Origin: a virus
Taxonomy: Duplodnaviria; Heunggongvirae; Uroviricota; Caudoviricetes
Length of the DNA: 64,000 bases
Direction: 5' to 3' (one strand)
Virus record (IMG/VR): IMGVR_UViG_3300029841_000009
Location: 4,544 to 68,543 of that record
Position 1 is the stretch's first letter. Each line of letters begins with the position of its first letter. The notes below the pieces were generated by a model. That model saw only the letters and a list, made by a program, of their open reading frames with translations. It did no database searches and was not told the origin of the DNA. Of the stretch, positions 38,339-48,835 are shown one piece after another. Made by a program: the position numbers and the translations under genes.

Positions 38339-39340
38339 TTAATACCCATTAATTACTCTTCGGACATCAATCGAGGTGGTATAACCACTAGTCCCAATTG
38401 AATGCACAGCTTTCGATATAAGATATTTTCCAGAAAATGAACCGAATCCCTCCAGATTTATAGTTACACCAGCTACCAATCTGGTGTCTCCAACCAATAC
38501 TAAAGATCCGGTATTTTGATATCTATTTTTAAGCCGCAAAGCAGCCTTTGCCTTACGTTTTGCTTCATCTAAATTAGCTACCAGTTTTCTTATCTTAAGA
38601 TTCGACCCTTCTTCTACGGATGGATCTACCCAAGTATACGAAAGCGACTTTCTTTTTTTAGGTACGCGATATTTGCACGTGCAACTTTTATACAAATCTG
38701 TAGATTGTGTGCTAAAGCTATATCTGATTATCTCATCAATACCTAACGTAAGCGTAGCGATAGGATCTTTTTGCTCAAACATCTCTTGAGCAAATATTAT
38801 TAATTGGCTATCAGTGACCTTTAACGACAACCCTTCATCCTGGCAAAGTCGATGGAGAAATTTTAAATCGCTTTCCTCCATTTGATCTTCACGCGCATAA
38901 TATGGATTACTATCACCATCAATAAGAAACAACAGTTCAAGGTTAGCTAATTTAGCTATAGAAGTTGCTATATCTTTAAGAGTTGTTTTTTCCCATGCAT
39001 TACTTTTTAAATCACGTCTAATGCCTGATGAAACAGGAACAGAAACAGCAGTTACCTCAACCACAGAAGGTGGTCCAGAGCAAGTTATGCCATCTACCTG
39101 GAATTTCCCGCACTCAAGGACGATTTGATTTATAGGCTTAAAGCTCAAATCAATAAAATCACCCTTTTTAGGTGTCCAGTCTCCAGACCATTTCCCATCA
39201 TCATTTTTTAATATAATAGAAATATCATCGACCTGACCATCTTCATTATCTGTATAAGACATTGACAAAACATCAGGTGACATATGAGCGGTAATATTTA
39301 CATTCTGATATATAACATCAAAAAGCGTTTTACGTAACAC
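38339..39340 (-). CDS. Tail protein D-like (late control D family)
   Basis: 333 aa; N-terminal DVLSMSYTDNEDGQVDDISIILKNDDGKW resembles P2 gpD. Confidence 0.65.
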   Translation of the reverse strand: MLRKTLFDVIYQNVNITAHMSPDVLSMSYTDNEDGQVDDISIILKNDDGKWSGDWTPKKGDFIDLSFKPINQIVLECGKFQVDGITCSGPPSVVEVTAVSVPVSSGIRRDLKSNAWEKTTLKDIATSIAKLANLELLFLIDGDSNPYYAREDQMEESDLKFLHRLCQDEGLSLKVTDSQLIIFAQEMFEQKDPIATLTLGIDEIIRYSFSTQSTDLYKSCTCKYRVPKKRKSLSYTWVDPSVEEGSNLKIRKLVANLDEAKRKAKAALRLKNRYQNTGSLVLVGDTRLVAGVTINLEGFGSFSGKYLISKAVHSIGTSGYTTSIDVRRVINGY

Positions 39341-39548
39341 TATTGCGTCTCCACGGAGGAAAATTGTTTACTGATATTGGCATAACCGGAGCATCAGGAA
39401 CTTTAAGAATAATTCCCGCAGAAAAAAGCACCGTAAAGCGGTGCTCAGTATTAGCATCAATAAGAAGATAAGACAGGTACTCATTACCATACAACTTTAA
39501 AGCGATACTATCCCATGAGTCCCCTTGAACCGTTCTATAATCATCCAA
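39330..39548 (-). CDS. Tail protein X-like (LysM-like small protein)
   Basis: 72 aa; MDDYRTVQGDSWDSIALKLYG pattern of tail protein X. Confidence 0.55.
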   Translation of the reverse strand: MDDYRTVQGDSWDSIALKLYGNEYLSYLLIDANTEHRFTVLFSAGIILKVPDAPVMPISVNNFPPWRRNSVT

Positions 39549-42333
39549 AACTTAATCTCCGTTGTTGGAACATATGAGCACTCAATTTCTTCTCAAAATC
39601 AGAATATCCCGCATCTAATGCTCTTTTAGCTGCCGCCTCAGTTTCCTTTGGTGAACCAGCCGGAAGATTGATTACAGGTGAATAGGTTATTCCACCAGTC
39701 ACAGCGTTAACGTTCTGGCGAGGTCCAGAAGTCCCAGCGGCAGATATCCCGTGAGGTGATAAATTTGATTGCCCGAACTTGCTTGCTATTGCATTCTGTA
39801 AGCTGTTATTCCTGCTAACACCTGATGCCAGAGTAGTCATTATTGCACCACCTGACTTTGTTAGCTGTGAGAATGGACCTTTTTTCGCGTCAGAGAACGG
39901 TAAATACTCACGTACAGAAGAAAAAACGCCTTTCACTTCATTAATTAAAGCATTTGCTTTTGATTTTATCCCAGTGATTAACGTCTCAATTATTTTTGCG
40001 CCTGACTCACTCCAGTTTATTCCAGATAAATAAGTCGTTACAGATTGGAATGCTCTTATAAAGAGTCCAACTGGTGAAAAACGCATAAAAACAGATACCA
40101 GTGTATCTATGATTTTCTTTCCTGTTTCGCTCCAGTTAATGCCAGAAAGGTAATTTGTTGTAATTTTAAATGCTTTAATTAAGAACGGAAGCGGAGACAT
40201 CCATTTAAAAGCACTAATTAATGTACTGTAAATTCTTACTCCTGCCGAACTCCAGTTTATGTTGGAAAGATAATCCCATGCTTTACCAAACATAGATATA
40301 ATCCATCCATTGAGGTCAAAGTTTAAGATAAAGTTTTTTATAGCCTCAAATGATTTAACTGTATATTCCTTAACAGAAGGCCAAACTCTGACAGCATAAT
40401 CTCTGATCTTATCCCAATTCTGATAGAGCAATATTCCTGCGGCAACCAGCGCAGATATAGCCATCTGAATCCACCCGAAGGGTGTTAGCTTTGTCGCTAC
40501 AGATAAAGCCAGCATAGCTACCCTACACGCTATAACCACACTTTTCATGGTTAGAAACGCACCTGCCGCCATCACTATCTGAGACACAAAATTGGGGTTG
40601 TTAGCTACAAATTCACTAATTTTTGTAATCAGCGGAACCAAAACACTAAGCGCGGCATTCAAAGCAGGTTGCAAGGCCTGACCAAAACTTAATGATGCAT
40701 TGCTAGCCTGAATACGTAATTGTTTCAATCGCTCCGCATTATCTTTCGTTATGTTGGCAAAATCGCGGTCAATAACAGCACTTCCAGCTCCAAGAGATGT
40801 TGCTTTGATTCTCTGGTATTCCTTCCAGTTTTGAATCATCGGACGAACAAAGTTCTGAACCTGCATATCGCCAAATAGTTCACCAAGTAACTTCTGATCT
40901 CCGTTCTTAGTCATTTTCATGACAGAATGCATTGCAGCTTCGAATGGATTCTTCCCTTTTTTCTGCGCTGTTGTAACAATTTTATATAAATCTACACCGA
41001 AATTTTTCTTTGCTTTTTTTAGTGTTTCAGGGGAAAGTATTTTTGCCAAAAAGTTGTTCATATTATTAGCAGCCTCATCCGAAGTTGCAGCCCCCTTGCG
41101 AGCTATCTGCAAAGCTGCACCCATCGTCGCGGCTGCTTCTTTACCTCCCATTTTTAATGCCTGGAACTGAGCACCAAGCACAGGAAGATTTTTGGCCATA
41201 TCTTTAAATTCAAAGTTCCCCTCTTTCCCTGCCTGAACCAGAATCCCCATTGCAGACTTCATTTGAGATGGATCAATCTTCAATGAGTCACTTAATGTAA
41301 ATGATGCTTTCGAGACATCGAGGATATCAGAGCCAGTAGCTGTAGCTGTTCGCCCAATAGTTAGTAGATTCGCCTGAGCCTCTTTATAATCCTGCCCAGC
41401 AGCGACGAGAAAACCCTGAGCGGCCTGAATATCAGATGCAAACTGGTTGGTAGCCGTTCCGGTAACAAGCATCGCCTGCCCCATCGCCTGAACTTCTTCC
41501 GGCTTCATATCTGCCGTAAGACCAATCATTTTGTTTTCACGATTGAAATTTGCTGCATTGTTAGCAGCAGCAAATGCACCAGCCGCTACAGCACCAGTTT
41601 GTAATCCTGACCTTACAAGTTGACTCTTTGCCTCACCAAGATGCTCTCGCTTCAATTCACGCTGCCTTTCCAACGCGCGGTTTAACTCCTCCTGAGCACG
41701 TTTTACTGCAAGAACATTTTTCCGTGCTTCAGCCAACGCATTTTTATAGCTGTTAATTTTATCAATACGTTGTTTTTCTAATGCCCGGTTAAGTTCCTCC
41801 TGCTGTTTTTTCACTTGCTGAACATTTGCTCTGGCTAAAGCCAAAGCCGTTCTGTAGCGGTTAACCTGCTCAACGCTACGGGCCTGAGCCTCACGATTAC
41901 GATCAATGCTGGCTTTAAGCTCTTTCTCTCTTGAGGCCAAAGCTCTGGCAGATGTATCAGCTCCCTGATAGGCAGACTTTAAAGCGGCCAGTTCTTCACG
42001 CTGAGAACGTAGTGATGCTCGTAAATTTGATGAATGTGTTTTTGCCTTCTCAAAGTCACGAAGCATCGCTCTGGTTGGATTGGCCGTGTTTTTTATTTGC
42101 TTCTGTAACTCTTCAACGCGAGCGGCAGCTTTATGATATTCGAGGGCAGTCTGTCCAACCTTTACTTTTACAGATTGTAGCTTTTGAATTTCCCCATGTT
42201 CTTTCGTTAACCCAGCAAGCTCTGCATTTAATTTAGCAACAGCCTGATTAGCTGTAGTAAAACTTTTGGGGAGAGAGGCGGCAACTTTGCCGCCAATTTC
42301 AAAAGCCAGCTTAAAGTTCTTATTGCTGGCCAT
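39541..42333 (-). CDS. Tail tape measure protein
   Basis: 930 aa; long coiled-coil N-half, hydrophobic central segments, and repeated motif ..W(S/M)..G..I..T(L/Y)...F. Confidence 0.8.
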   Translation of the reverse strand: MASNKNFKLAFEIGGKVAASLPKSFTTANQAVAKLNAELAGLTKEHGEIQKLQSVKVKVGQTALEYHKAAARVEELQKQIKNTANPTRAMLRDFEKAKTHSSNLRASLRSQREELAALKSAYQGADTSARALASREKELKASIDRNREAQARSVEQVNRYRTALALARANVQQVKKQQEELNRALEKQRIDKINSYKNALAEARKNVLAVKRAQEELNRALERQRELKREHLGEAKSQLVRSGLQTGAVAAGAFAAANNAANFNRENKMIGLTADMKPEEVQAMGQAMLVTGTATNQFASDIQAAQGFLVAAGQDYKEAQANLLTIGRTATATGSDILDVSKASFTLSDSLKIDPSQMKSAMGILVQAGKEGNFEFKDMAKNLPVLGAQFQALKMGGKEAAATMGAALQIARKGAATSDEAANNMNNFLAKILSPETLKKAKKNFGVDLYKIVTTAQKKGKNPFEAAMHSVMKMTKNGDQKLLGELFGDMQVQNFVRPMIQNWKEYQRIKATSLGAGSAVIDRDFANITKDNAERLKQLRIQASNASLSFGQALQPALNAALSVLVPLITKISEFVANNPNFVSQIVMAAGAFLTMKSVVIACRVAMLALSVATKLTPFGWIQMAISALVAAGILLYQNWDKIRDYAVRVWPSVKEYTVKSFEAIKNFILNFDLNGWIISMFGKAWDYLSNINWSSAGVRIYSTLISAFKWMSPLPFLIKAFKITTNYLSGINWSETGKKIIDTLVSVFMRFSPVGLFIRAFQSVTTYLSGINWSESGAKIIETLITGIKSKANALINEVKGVFSSVREYLPFSDAKKGPFSQLTKSGGAIMTTLASGVSRNNSLQNAIASKFGQSNLSPHGISAAGTSGPRQNVNAVTGGITYSPVINLPAGSPKETEAAAKRALDAGYSDFEKKLSAHMFQQRRLSFG

Positions 42334-42338
42334 TAGTA

Positions 42339-42769
42339 TTAATCCTCATTAAACACGTCAATCCATGCGACGATTCGCCTCAACCGAAGAGAAAGCCAGT
42401 AGGATATAGGTGTTGATTGAGATGATTGAGATAGAGAACTCGCGGCCCTCATTATTTGCTTATCAATAGGTTTTTGCTCATCAAAACCTACGAGAGCAAA
42501 AAATTCTGTACCTTTTGACAAACTTTAACAAAGTCTTTCGCTGGTAATCCATTCAGATACTCTATTGGACGACCAATACAGCGAGCAGCCAAGGCTGCAT
42601 GGACTTTATTATCAAGTGATGTTTGAACTGAAACATGCCCTTGAGATTGCAGTAAGTCCGATACCTCTAAAATATCACTGCCTTTTAGGTTGTCTAAATC
42701 AAGGTTGAGTTCAGTCACCGGCTCAAAGTCTTCAAAACGATATTCTTTACTTAATTTAACGGTTTCCAT
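42339..42769 (-). CDS. Tail assembly chaperone with candidate frameshift extension
   Basis: 93-aa ORF (42488-42769) overlapped in another frame by a 60-aa ORF (42339-42521), between tube and tape measure as in E/E' or G/GT. Confidence 0.5.
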
Positions 42770-42778
42770 TTTGTCACC

Positions 42779-43300
42779 TTATAAACCTAAATCATCACGA
42801 ACGCTTTTTAATATATCTTCACCATCAAAGATACAAATAAAGTTCAACTTATCAATTTCCAGGACTTCTTTTCCATCAATAAATAATTTGATATAGAGAA
42901 CTTCAAATTCATTCTCTGAATCAGTAGCCTTTGCCACCTGTAGCGAACCTAAATCCAGTTTTTTAGGGTTTAGCTTCATTGAAGCCCGAATAGGAACCGT
43001 TTTATATTTTCCTGTTCCTGCATCATAAACCTGCTGGCTACCGCGAAAATCTACCTGATGCGATGAGGATAGAAATAATTTTGTACCAGCAGAGGTCAGA
43101 GTTCGCCATTTAAGAGAGACAGTCATTGGTTTGAAATGCCCCAGCGTTCCGCTCTCAAGCTCTCCAGCGATACCTGCACCACTAACAGTTTCTGTCATCA
43201 TCTCAATTGATGGCAGCTTTGCGTCAGCAACACCGATAATACGGTTTCCTTCACCGTATACTGTAAAGTTAATAAGTCTCTCAGGAATTTGATTGCTCAA
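42779..43300 (-). CDS. Tail tube protein
   Basis: 173 aa immediately downstream of the sheath gene (P2 FII size). Confidence 0.7.
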   Translation of the reverse strand: MSNQIPERLINFTVYGEGNRIIGVADAKLPSIEMMTETVSGAGIAGELESGTLGHFKPMTVSLKWRTLTSAGTKLFLSSSHQVDFRGSQQVYDAGTGKYKTVPIRASMKLNPKKLDLGSLQVAKATDSENEFEVLYIKLFIDGKEVLEIDKLNFICIFDGEDILKSVRDDLGL

Positions 43301-43316
43301 AGCAACCTCCTATTAT

Positions 43317-44780
43317 TTATTCAGAAAACAAGTTCAGCAGATAATCAGGATTATATTCCATGACGAACTCTATATCTCTGGCAGGTGAGAATGGTGTCAT
43401 TTTTACATGGAATTTAACAATCCCGTCCATCAATGACGTAATCGTGTTTTCAGACTGATCAAAGGTAACAACACCACCTGCAATATCCTGATTACCAGTG
43501 AGGCCGTTAAGCCAAATATTCGCACTAGTAACAATCGATTCAATTAATCGACGGTTTGCAGGATTGTCTATTTTTGACCAATGCGAAAGAATTAACGTAT
43601 TACCCACCCAGTTAAACATACGTCGGCAAACACGAAATGCGTCTTTGGGGTCTGTAGATGTTGGATAAATAGCATTACGGTTTCCCCATGATTTCCAACC
43701 ATCAAAATTAAGGCTTGTTACAATCCCCTGTCCATTTAAGTAGTTTGCCTGGCTAATGTTAAGCCATACCTCACTGCCATCTTTACGTACAGCACCGTCC
43801 ATCTGTAGTTTTATATTTGACGGAGAACGTGATGGAATATCACCATACTGACTATCCAGCAAGCATGTTGCTGCAGCTAAATGGGTTGAGTGATGGTAAA
43901 TATTGTCACCAAGTTTCACCATCGGCCAGCACACTGTCTGGTTAGCTGCCATATGATTATTGTTCTGCTTCCATTCAGGAACAGCAGAATAATCACTGAT
44001 AGTAGATTTATCAGTCGGCGCATCGGTGATAGCTTCTGCTTTGAACAATTCACTAATCAGCGCAGCTTTAGCCGCCATTAGCTGGCCAACTTCACTATCA
44101 GAACTAAATCCAGGCGCAATCACTTGTCCAGGAACCAACTTGAAGCGGGGATACACATCAGACAGTAACTCAAGCCCTGTATTGGCTTTAGTGTTGGAAT
44201 CCACACCACCGATAATGTCATTTTTAGTTACGGCACCGGGATCAAGATGCGTATAACTAACCTTAAGAGTAGCGTCTTTTTCGGTAATTTTTCCTCCGCT
44301 AATAGCGGTAATGACCGTATAGCCATTATCATCCAGCGCCAGCACATAATCGGTGTCAACCGTTAATCCTGCCGAATCACCATCTGCTTTTTTCACAACA
44401 ACAGATTTATATAAGACACCATCGTTAGAGAGCGTACCTTTCCCGCCAGAAAGTTTTACTACCTCATCAGGTACGTCTTTCTTATGCTTTGCTGGATCAA
44501 GCACATTAATAAATACAACTGGCGCAACACCATATATTCCAAATGCGACTTTAATTACTTCGCTTAAAGTATATTTCTCGAAGTTTGTGCTATATCCTAT
44601 TTTAGATACGGCCTCTGCGTATGTATAAGCAATGATAGGTTTATTTACCGCTGAGGCTGGATCTTCTAACTGATTAACAGGAGCTGTACCAAATGCGACA
44701 ATCAACCCAGCACTAACTTGTACTGGAGGAGTTATAGATGTAGCCAGCTCAGATATATAAATACCGTGGCGATATCCCAT
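43317..44780 (-). CDS. Contractile tail sheath protein
   Basis: 487 aa; N-terminus MGYRHGIYISELATSITPPVQVSAGLIVAFGTAP resembles P2 FI / Mu L sheath proteins. Confidence 0.8.
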   Translation of the reverse strand: MGYRHGIYISELATSITPPVQVSAGLIVAFGTAPVNQLEDPASAVNKPIIAYTYAEAVSKIGYSTNFEKYTLSEVIKVAFGIYGVAPVVFINVLDPAKHKKDVPDEVVKLSGGKGTLSNDGVLYKSVVVKKADGDSAGLTVDTDYVLALDDNGYTVITAISGGKITEKDATLKVSYTHLDPGAVTKNDIIGGVDSNTKANTGLELLSDVYPRFKLVPGQVIAPGFSSDSEVGQLMAAKAALISELFKAEAITDAPTDKSTISDYSAVPEWKQNNNHMAANQTVCWPMVKLGDNIYHHSTHLAAATCLLDSQYGDIPSRSPSNIKLQMDGAVRKDGSEVWLNISQANYLNGQGIVTSLNFDGWKSWGNRNAIYPTSTDPKDAFRVCRRMFNWVGNTLILSHWSKIDNPANRRLIESIVTSANIWLNGLTGNQDIAGGVVTFDQSENTITSLMDGIVKFHVKMTPFSPARDIEFVMEYNPDYLLNLFSE

Positions 44781-45070
44781 TATTTAATCTCCATGATAGA
44801 AGAAGAAACTCTAGAGTACATTACATACTCGACACTGGTTTTATCAGAAAGTCTTTTTTCTGCATCTGCAAAATCACTGGTTGCCACAAACAAACACTTT
44901 GCACCAGGAATATGTGATATTAATTTTTTACACTCTGGAGATAAACCATTCTTAAATAGTTTATGCTTCAAAATTGAGAGTTGAGGGATTGTTGGTCCTA
45001 TATATACAAATGTTTGAGCAACATCTTCCTTCTTTTCTATATCTTCTTTACTACTTTTCTTATTAGCCAT
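44780..45070 (-). CDS. Hypothetical protein (head-tail junction region)
   Basis: 96-aa ORF between head and tail modules. Confidence 0.35.
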   Translation of the reverse strand: MANKKSSKEDIEKKEDVAQTFVYIGPTIPQLSILKHKLFKNGLSPECKKLISHIPGAKCLFVATSDFADAEKRLSDKTSVEYVMYSRVSSSIMEIK

Positions 45071-45556
45071 TTAGATAAACTCCTGAGACTGAATATTCTG
45101 AGGCTTTAATACTAGCCACGTTCCAGTTGCTTCCGTTATCCAATATGGATATGGTTGATCATCAAACATTCGCCATCTGATATCACCCTGAAAGAGAAAT
45201 TTCTCTTCAAGTAAAGGCTTCTCCTGAAAATGAAACATCATCCTTTCAAGAAGAGCCATTACCCATTCATATCCAGTATGGTCCTCACAAAAACCACCTA
45301 GAAGAAACTTAACCTTAACTTCATCCGTTTCAGGCTGCATTCCTCCTTCCGTGGGCCTGATAATCACATGAGGAAATTCTGGCGGTTTATCTGGAGATGG
45401 TTGTGATTTAGGAGGCAAGTACCCTTTAAATATTGTTGGAACAAACAATTTAATATCGCTGTCTGTTTCATCATAAGGAGGCCCCTGCACTAATAAATCA
45501 TGGAAAACCTCATGTTCCAACCGATTTTTTATTGCATCTATCAAAAGATTAATCAA
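45071..45556 (-). CDS. Hypothetical protein (tail completion / neck candidate)
   Basis: 161-aa ORF, coupled. Confidence 0.35.
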   Translation of the reverse strand: MINLLIDAIKNRLEHEVFHDLLVQGPPYDETDSDIKLFVPTIFKGYLPPKSQPSPDKPPEFPHVIIRPTEGGMQPETDEVKVKFLLGGFCEDHTGYEWVMALLERMMFHFQEKPLLEEKFLFQGDIRWRMFDDQPYPYWITEATGTWLVLKPQNIQSQEFI

Positions 45557-45897
45557 ATCGGCATTCCTCTGTTAGTATTAACAGTGAGAGTTATTTCCAA
45601 TACACCAACATTATCTGATACTTCATCAATAATATAATTTTTACCGTTGATTTTCATTGACTGGTCTTTGACAGGGAGAACAGGAAAATCTTTTCTTGAA
45701 ACAAATAATATTATTTGCCCCTGATTTATTCCCTCTGCAAACTCAGCATATGAGCGTTTATTCCGCTCATGAATAAGGTCTGTATCAATAACGGCAAGGA
45801 TATCCTTGCCGTCTATGTTATATGTATCGGCAAACTCTTTTTCATTGAGGAATATTGCAGAAATATCTTGCGCTATAACCTCTTTGAAGGAGTTCAT
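45553..45897 (-). CDS. Hypothetical protein (head-tail connector candidate, FII position)
   Basis: 114 aa downstream of the capsid gene. Confidence 0.35.
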   Translation of the reverse strand: MNSFKEVIAQDISAIFLNEKEFADTYNIDGKDILAVIDTDLIHERNKRSYAEFAEGINQGQIILFVSRKDFPVLPVKDQSMKINGKNYIIDEVSDNVGVLEITLTVNTNRGMPI

Positions 45898-46289
45898 TAC
45901 TTCTTATTACCTTTTTTTTGCGTTGATTTTTTCGCATTACTGGTATCAGAAGTAGCTACAGATTCAGATGAATCATCAGCAACCGTTTCCTCATTGCCGC
46001 CATCATCCTCAAACTCAACCTCGAATACACAGCTACCCGCCTCCGTTCGCGTAATCAACCCCGCGTCCACAGCATCATTAACAGCAGATGCGTATCCATG
46101 CTCAAAAGCTAACTTAGCAGCATCATAGCCCCCGGCCGATGCCAAATCACCATCCTCTTCGGTGGCAATAGCATGTCCTGACGCAATCAGTTCGGCAATT
46201 CTGGAGTTATCCATTAGCCCATTAAGCAAACGGCCCGCTTTTAGCGAGCCGTGGCTTATCGTATCAATGTTTTTAATCAGTCTGGCCAT
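45897..46289 (-). CDS. Hypothetical acidic protein (FI position)
   Basis: 130 aa, acidic, immediately downstream of the major capsid gene. Confidence 0.35.
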   Translation of the reverse strand: MARLIKNIDTISHGSLKAGRLLNGLMDNSRIAELIASGHAIATEEDGDLASAGGYDAAKLAFEHGYASAVNDAVDAGLITRTEAGSCVFEVEFEDDGGNEETVADDSSESVATSDTSNAKKSTQKKGNKK

Positions 46290-47333
46290 TTAAACCACCT
46301 TAGCCACCAGATAGGCATCAGCCACACCAGGATTAGGCAGTGGAGATGACTTCATGGCAACATAACGGCCAGCCGGCTTACGAGTTACCCAGGTGTCTGG
46401 AACTCGTGGTGACTCAACAATCGTTAGAGTCTTTTCGGCGTCATCTACAAGCTCTACAGCACCATACAGCATCGTTCCTCGACCAGGAGAGCCAAAGAGG
46501 ATCTTATCTTCCGGTACTAATGGTTCTGGTTTTCCTGTTTTATCATTGCGAATAAGTTCGTCGTAACCATAAAAATCGACACCTTCAAGATTGCCATAAT
46601 GAGTTACGCCTTCTTCTAACTCCTTAGGCTCAATATACCCAAGCTCTTTTCGGCGATTATCAAGATATTTAGTTACTGCTTCATTTTTAACGAAAGCATC
46701 AACAACTTTTGCGCCCATTACGGCAACACGAGGTGTAAAACCTGAAGTTAGTGATACCCGACGTTTCCAGTTGCGAACATTGACCAACGGATCTGATTTT
46801 GCAGCACTCCATAAATCATCACCTGTCAGTTCAAGATATGGTTTATCTCCTTCCTCTTCAGGCCAAAAATAAACTGTGTCATCCACACCTTCACCAACAA
46901 TATCAACCTGCCCCGTAAACAAGACTTGTGCACACATCCATTCTTCACGGCGGTTAACCATTTCATCAAGCTCAAGCAAATCTTTACCTAATTGCTCGGC
47001 GGCTCGTTCTGCTGGCGATTTTGCGTTGTAAATATTCTCACCCGGAAGCCTGTTTAAAAGCAGCTCTGCTGTTGTTACCAAATCAGGTGCAACAAGTGGT
47101 GGCTCCAGAGTTCTCGTTACAAAGCCGCGTCGCTCAACGGTTTTTGAGCCAAAACCTTTACCAACAAACGGAGCCATAGTACGGCCACCGCGAACAAAAT
47201 CCAGATCAACTTTCTTTGTATTAAAGGTCTGAACACCAGGAAAAAAGGTACGAAGAAGAAAACGACGAGCCTTGAAATTCTGAATAACAGGCTCAAGCAT
47301 TGTACGTCGTTCAAAAATATCAATATTCGGCAT
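46290..47333 (-). CDS. Major capsid protein (lambda gpE-like)
   Basis: 347 aa; follows the D-like decoration gene; lambda E is 341 aa. Confidence 0.8.
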   Translation of the reverse strand: MPNIDIFERRTMLEPVIQNFKARRFLLRTFFPGVQTFNTKKVDLDFVRGGRTMAPFVGKGFGSKTVERRGFVTRTLEPPLVAPDLVTTAELLLNRLPGENIYNAKSPAERAAEQLGKDLLELDEMVNRREEWMCAQVLFTGQVDIVGEGVDDTVYFWPEEEGDKPYLELTGDDLWSAAKSDPLVNVRNWKRRVSLTSGFTPRVAVMGAKVVDAFVKNEAVTKYLDNRRKELGYIEPKELEEGVTHYGNLEGVDFYGYDELIRNDKTGKPEPLVPEDKILFGSPGRGTMLYGAVELVDDAEKTLTIVESPRVPDTWVTRKPAGRYVAMKSSPLPNPGVADAYLVAKVV

Positions 47334-47353
47334 AAAAATACGACCTCTTTATA

Positions 47354-47737
47354 TTATGCAGATGGATTTTGTTGTGCGGTGTTAAGGAATATCCCAACCT
47401 TCCGGCAAGCCAGATATACATCGGCAATCTTTGCTGATTCAGGAAGGATAACCGCATGTGCATTGAACATTCCGGTCAGCCATGCTGTTCCAACTTGCGC
47501 TGAATCAGTCGCATCAATACTGTGTTGAGCGATACAATACGGTTCTTTTGCCACCCCCTCACCAGAGAGATTTATTGGTGCTACAGTGACAACATTTGTT
47601 GTCTGATCAATACTGACAAAAGCAAGCAACTCACCTCGATTTACTTTACCGCTGGCAAGTTTAATACTTGTTGTAATTGCTGGCATACCACCAGAAATAA
47701 TCAGATTATCTGGTTCAAATGAAAAAGACTCTCGCAT
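47354..47737 (-). CDS. Head decoration protein (lambda gpD-like)
   Basis: 127 aa between protease and capsid genes. Confidence 0.65.
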   Translation of the reverse strand: MRESFSFEPDNLIISGGMPAITTSIKLASGKVNRGELLAFVSIDQTTNVVTVAPINLSGEGVAKEPYCIAQHSIDATDSAQVGTAWLTGMFNAHAVILPESAKIADVYLACRKVGIFLNTAQQNPSA

Positions 47738-47746
47738 AAACTCACC

Positions 47747-48835
47747 TTAATTTTTATCGCGGTTTTTAAATACTGACCCAATAACATTTTTTACTACTTC
47801 AGCTTGTTTATCTCCGTTGTTTTCTGGTTGATTAACATCAACTGAATCATTCACCTCATTTGCGTCTTCTTGCCGTTGATTAAGAAAGTTTTTGTTACGC
47901 GCTCGCTCTGCATTCATAATTTCCAAAGCAAGTTCAGCCGCAGAAACTCCCGTTTTGAATTTTGCATTCTTAACCAGGTCGTCATGACCTGGAATCACGC
48001 TATTCTCGATTGTTTCAATGCGCTCGCGTTCTGATTTAACGCCCTCGTCTTTACCAGCATTAAAAACCTGATTGTATAATTCTGGATGTTTATTTTTTAA
48101 TTCATCAAGAGTCACAACATCGTCCTCATTTTGTTCATTTAATTCAGTAGATAATTCATTTTTATTTTGTGGCAACTTTGCGAGCGAATCAGGTAATTTT
48201 GAAAACCTTGATGCTTCAAAAGTTATTCCATTGAGCGAAAGCATCCCTTCCTTTATAGAAGCGGATAAGCGCATTGGTTTTTCAACTTCGTCAGCAAATC
48301 CAAGCTCTACAGCCTCTTCTGCATTTAGCCATGTTTCCTGATCCATTAGTTCAATTAATTTATCCTCAGAAAGCCCTGTTTTCTCCTTATATGCAGATAA
48401 AATACTATCTCGTATCTTATCCATCATCTCAGCAATATCACGTAGTTCATCCGCATCACCAGCAGCAAATGTCCACGGATTATGGATCATCATCATAGCA
48501 TTAGATGGGATAACAACTTTATCACCTGCCATTGCAATAATGGTTGCAGCCGATGCAGCAATACCATCAATATAAACAGTAATATTAGCCTTATGACGTT
48601 TTAATGAAGAAAGAATAGCTTGAGCAGTAAAAACAGAACCACCATAACTATTAATTTTTACGTTGATAGCATTTGATGATATATCCTTTAATTTATTAAC
48701 TATGTCAGAAGAAGAAACCTCATCAAATTCGCCAATATATCCGTAGATTAAAAGTTCAGCCGGAGAGTCATCTTCACCCGTGCTATTTTTTATTTCCCAC
48801 CAATTAGGCATCATCTGTCTCCATATTTTGTTCAT
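47747..48835 (-). CDS. Head maturation protease (S49/ClpP-like, lambda gpC-like)
   Basis: 362 aa; ClpP-like core YGYIGEF...INSYGGSVFTAQAI...IDGIAASAATIIAMAGDK. Confidence 0.75.
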   Translation of the reverse strand: MNKIWRQMMPNWWEIKNSTGEDDSPAELLIYGYIGEFDEVSSSDIVNKLKDISSNAINVKINSYGGSVFTAQAILSSLKRHKANITVYIDGIAASAATIIAMAGDKVVIPSNAMMMIHNPWTFAAGDADELRDIAEMMDKIRDSILSAYKEKTGLSEDKLIELMDQETWLNAEEAVELGFADEVEKPMRLSASIKEGMLSLNGITFEASRFSKLPDSLAKLPQNKNELSTELNEQNEDDVVTLDELKNKHPELYNQVFNAGKDEGVKSERERIETIENSVIPGHDDLVKNAKFKTGVSAAELALEIMNAERARNKNFLNQRQEDANEVNDSVDVNQPENNGDKQAEVVKNVIGSVFKNRDKN

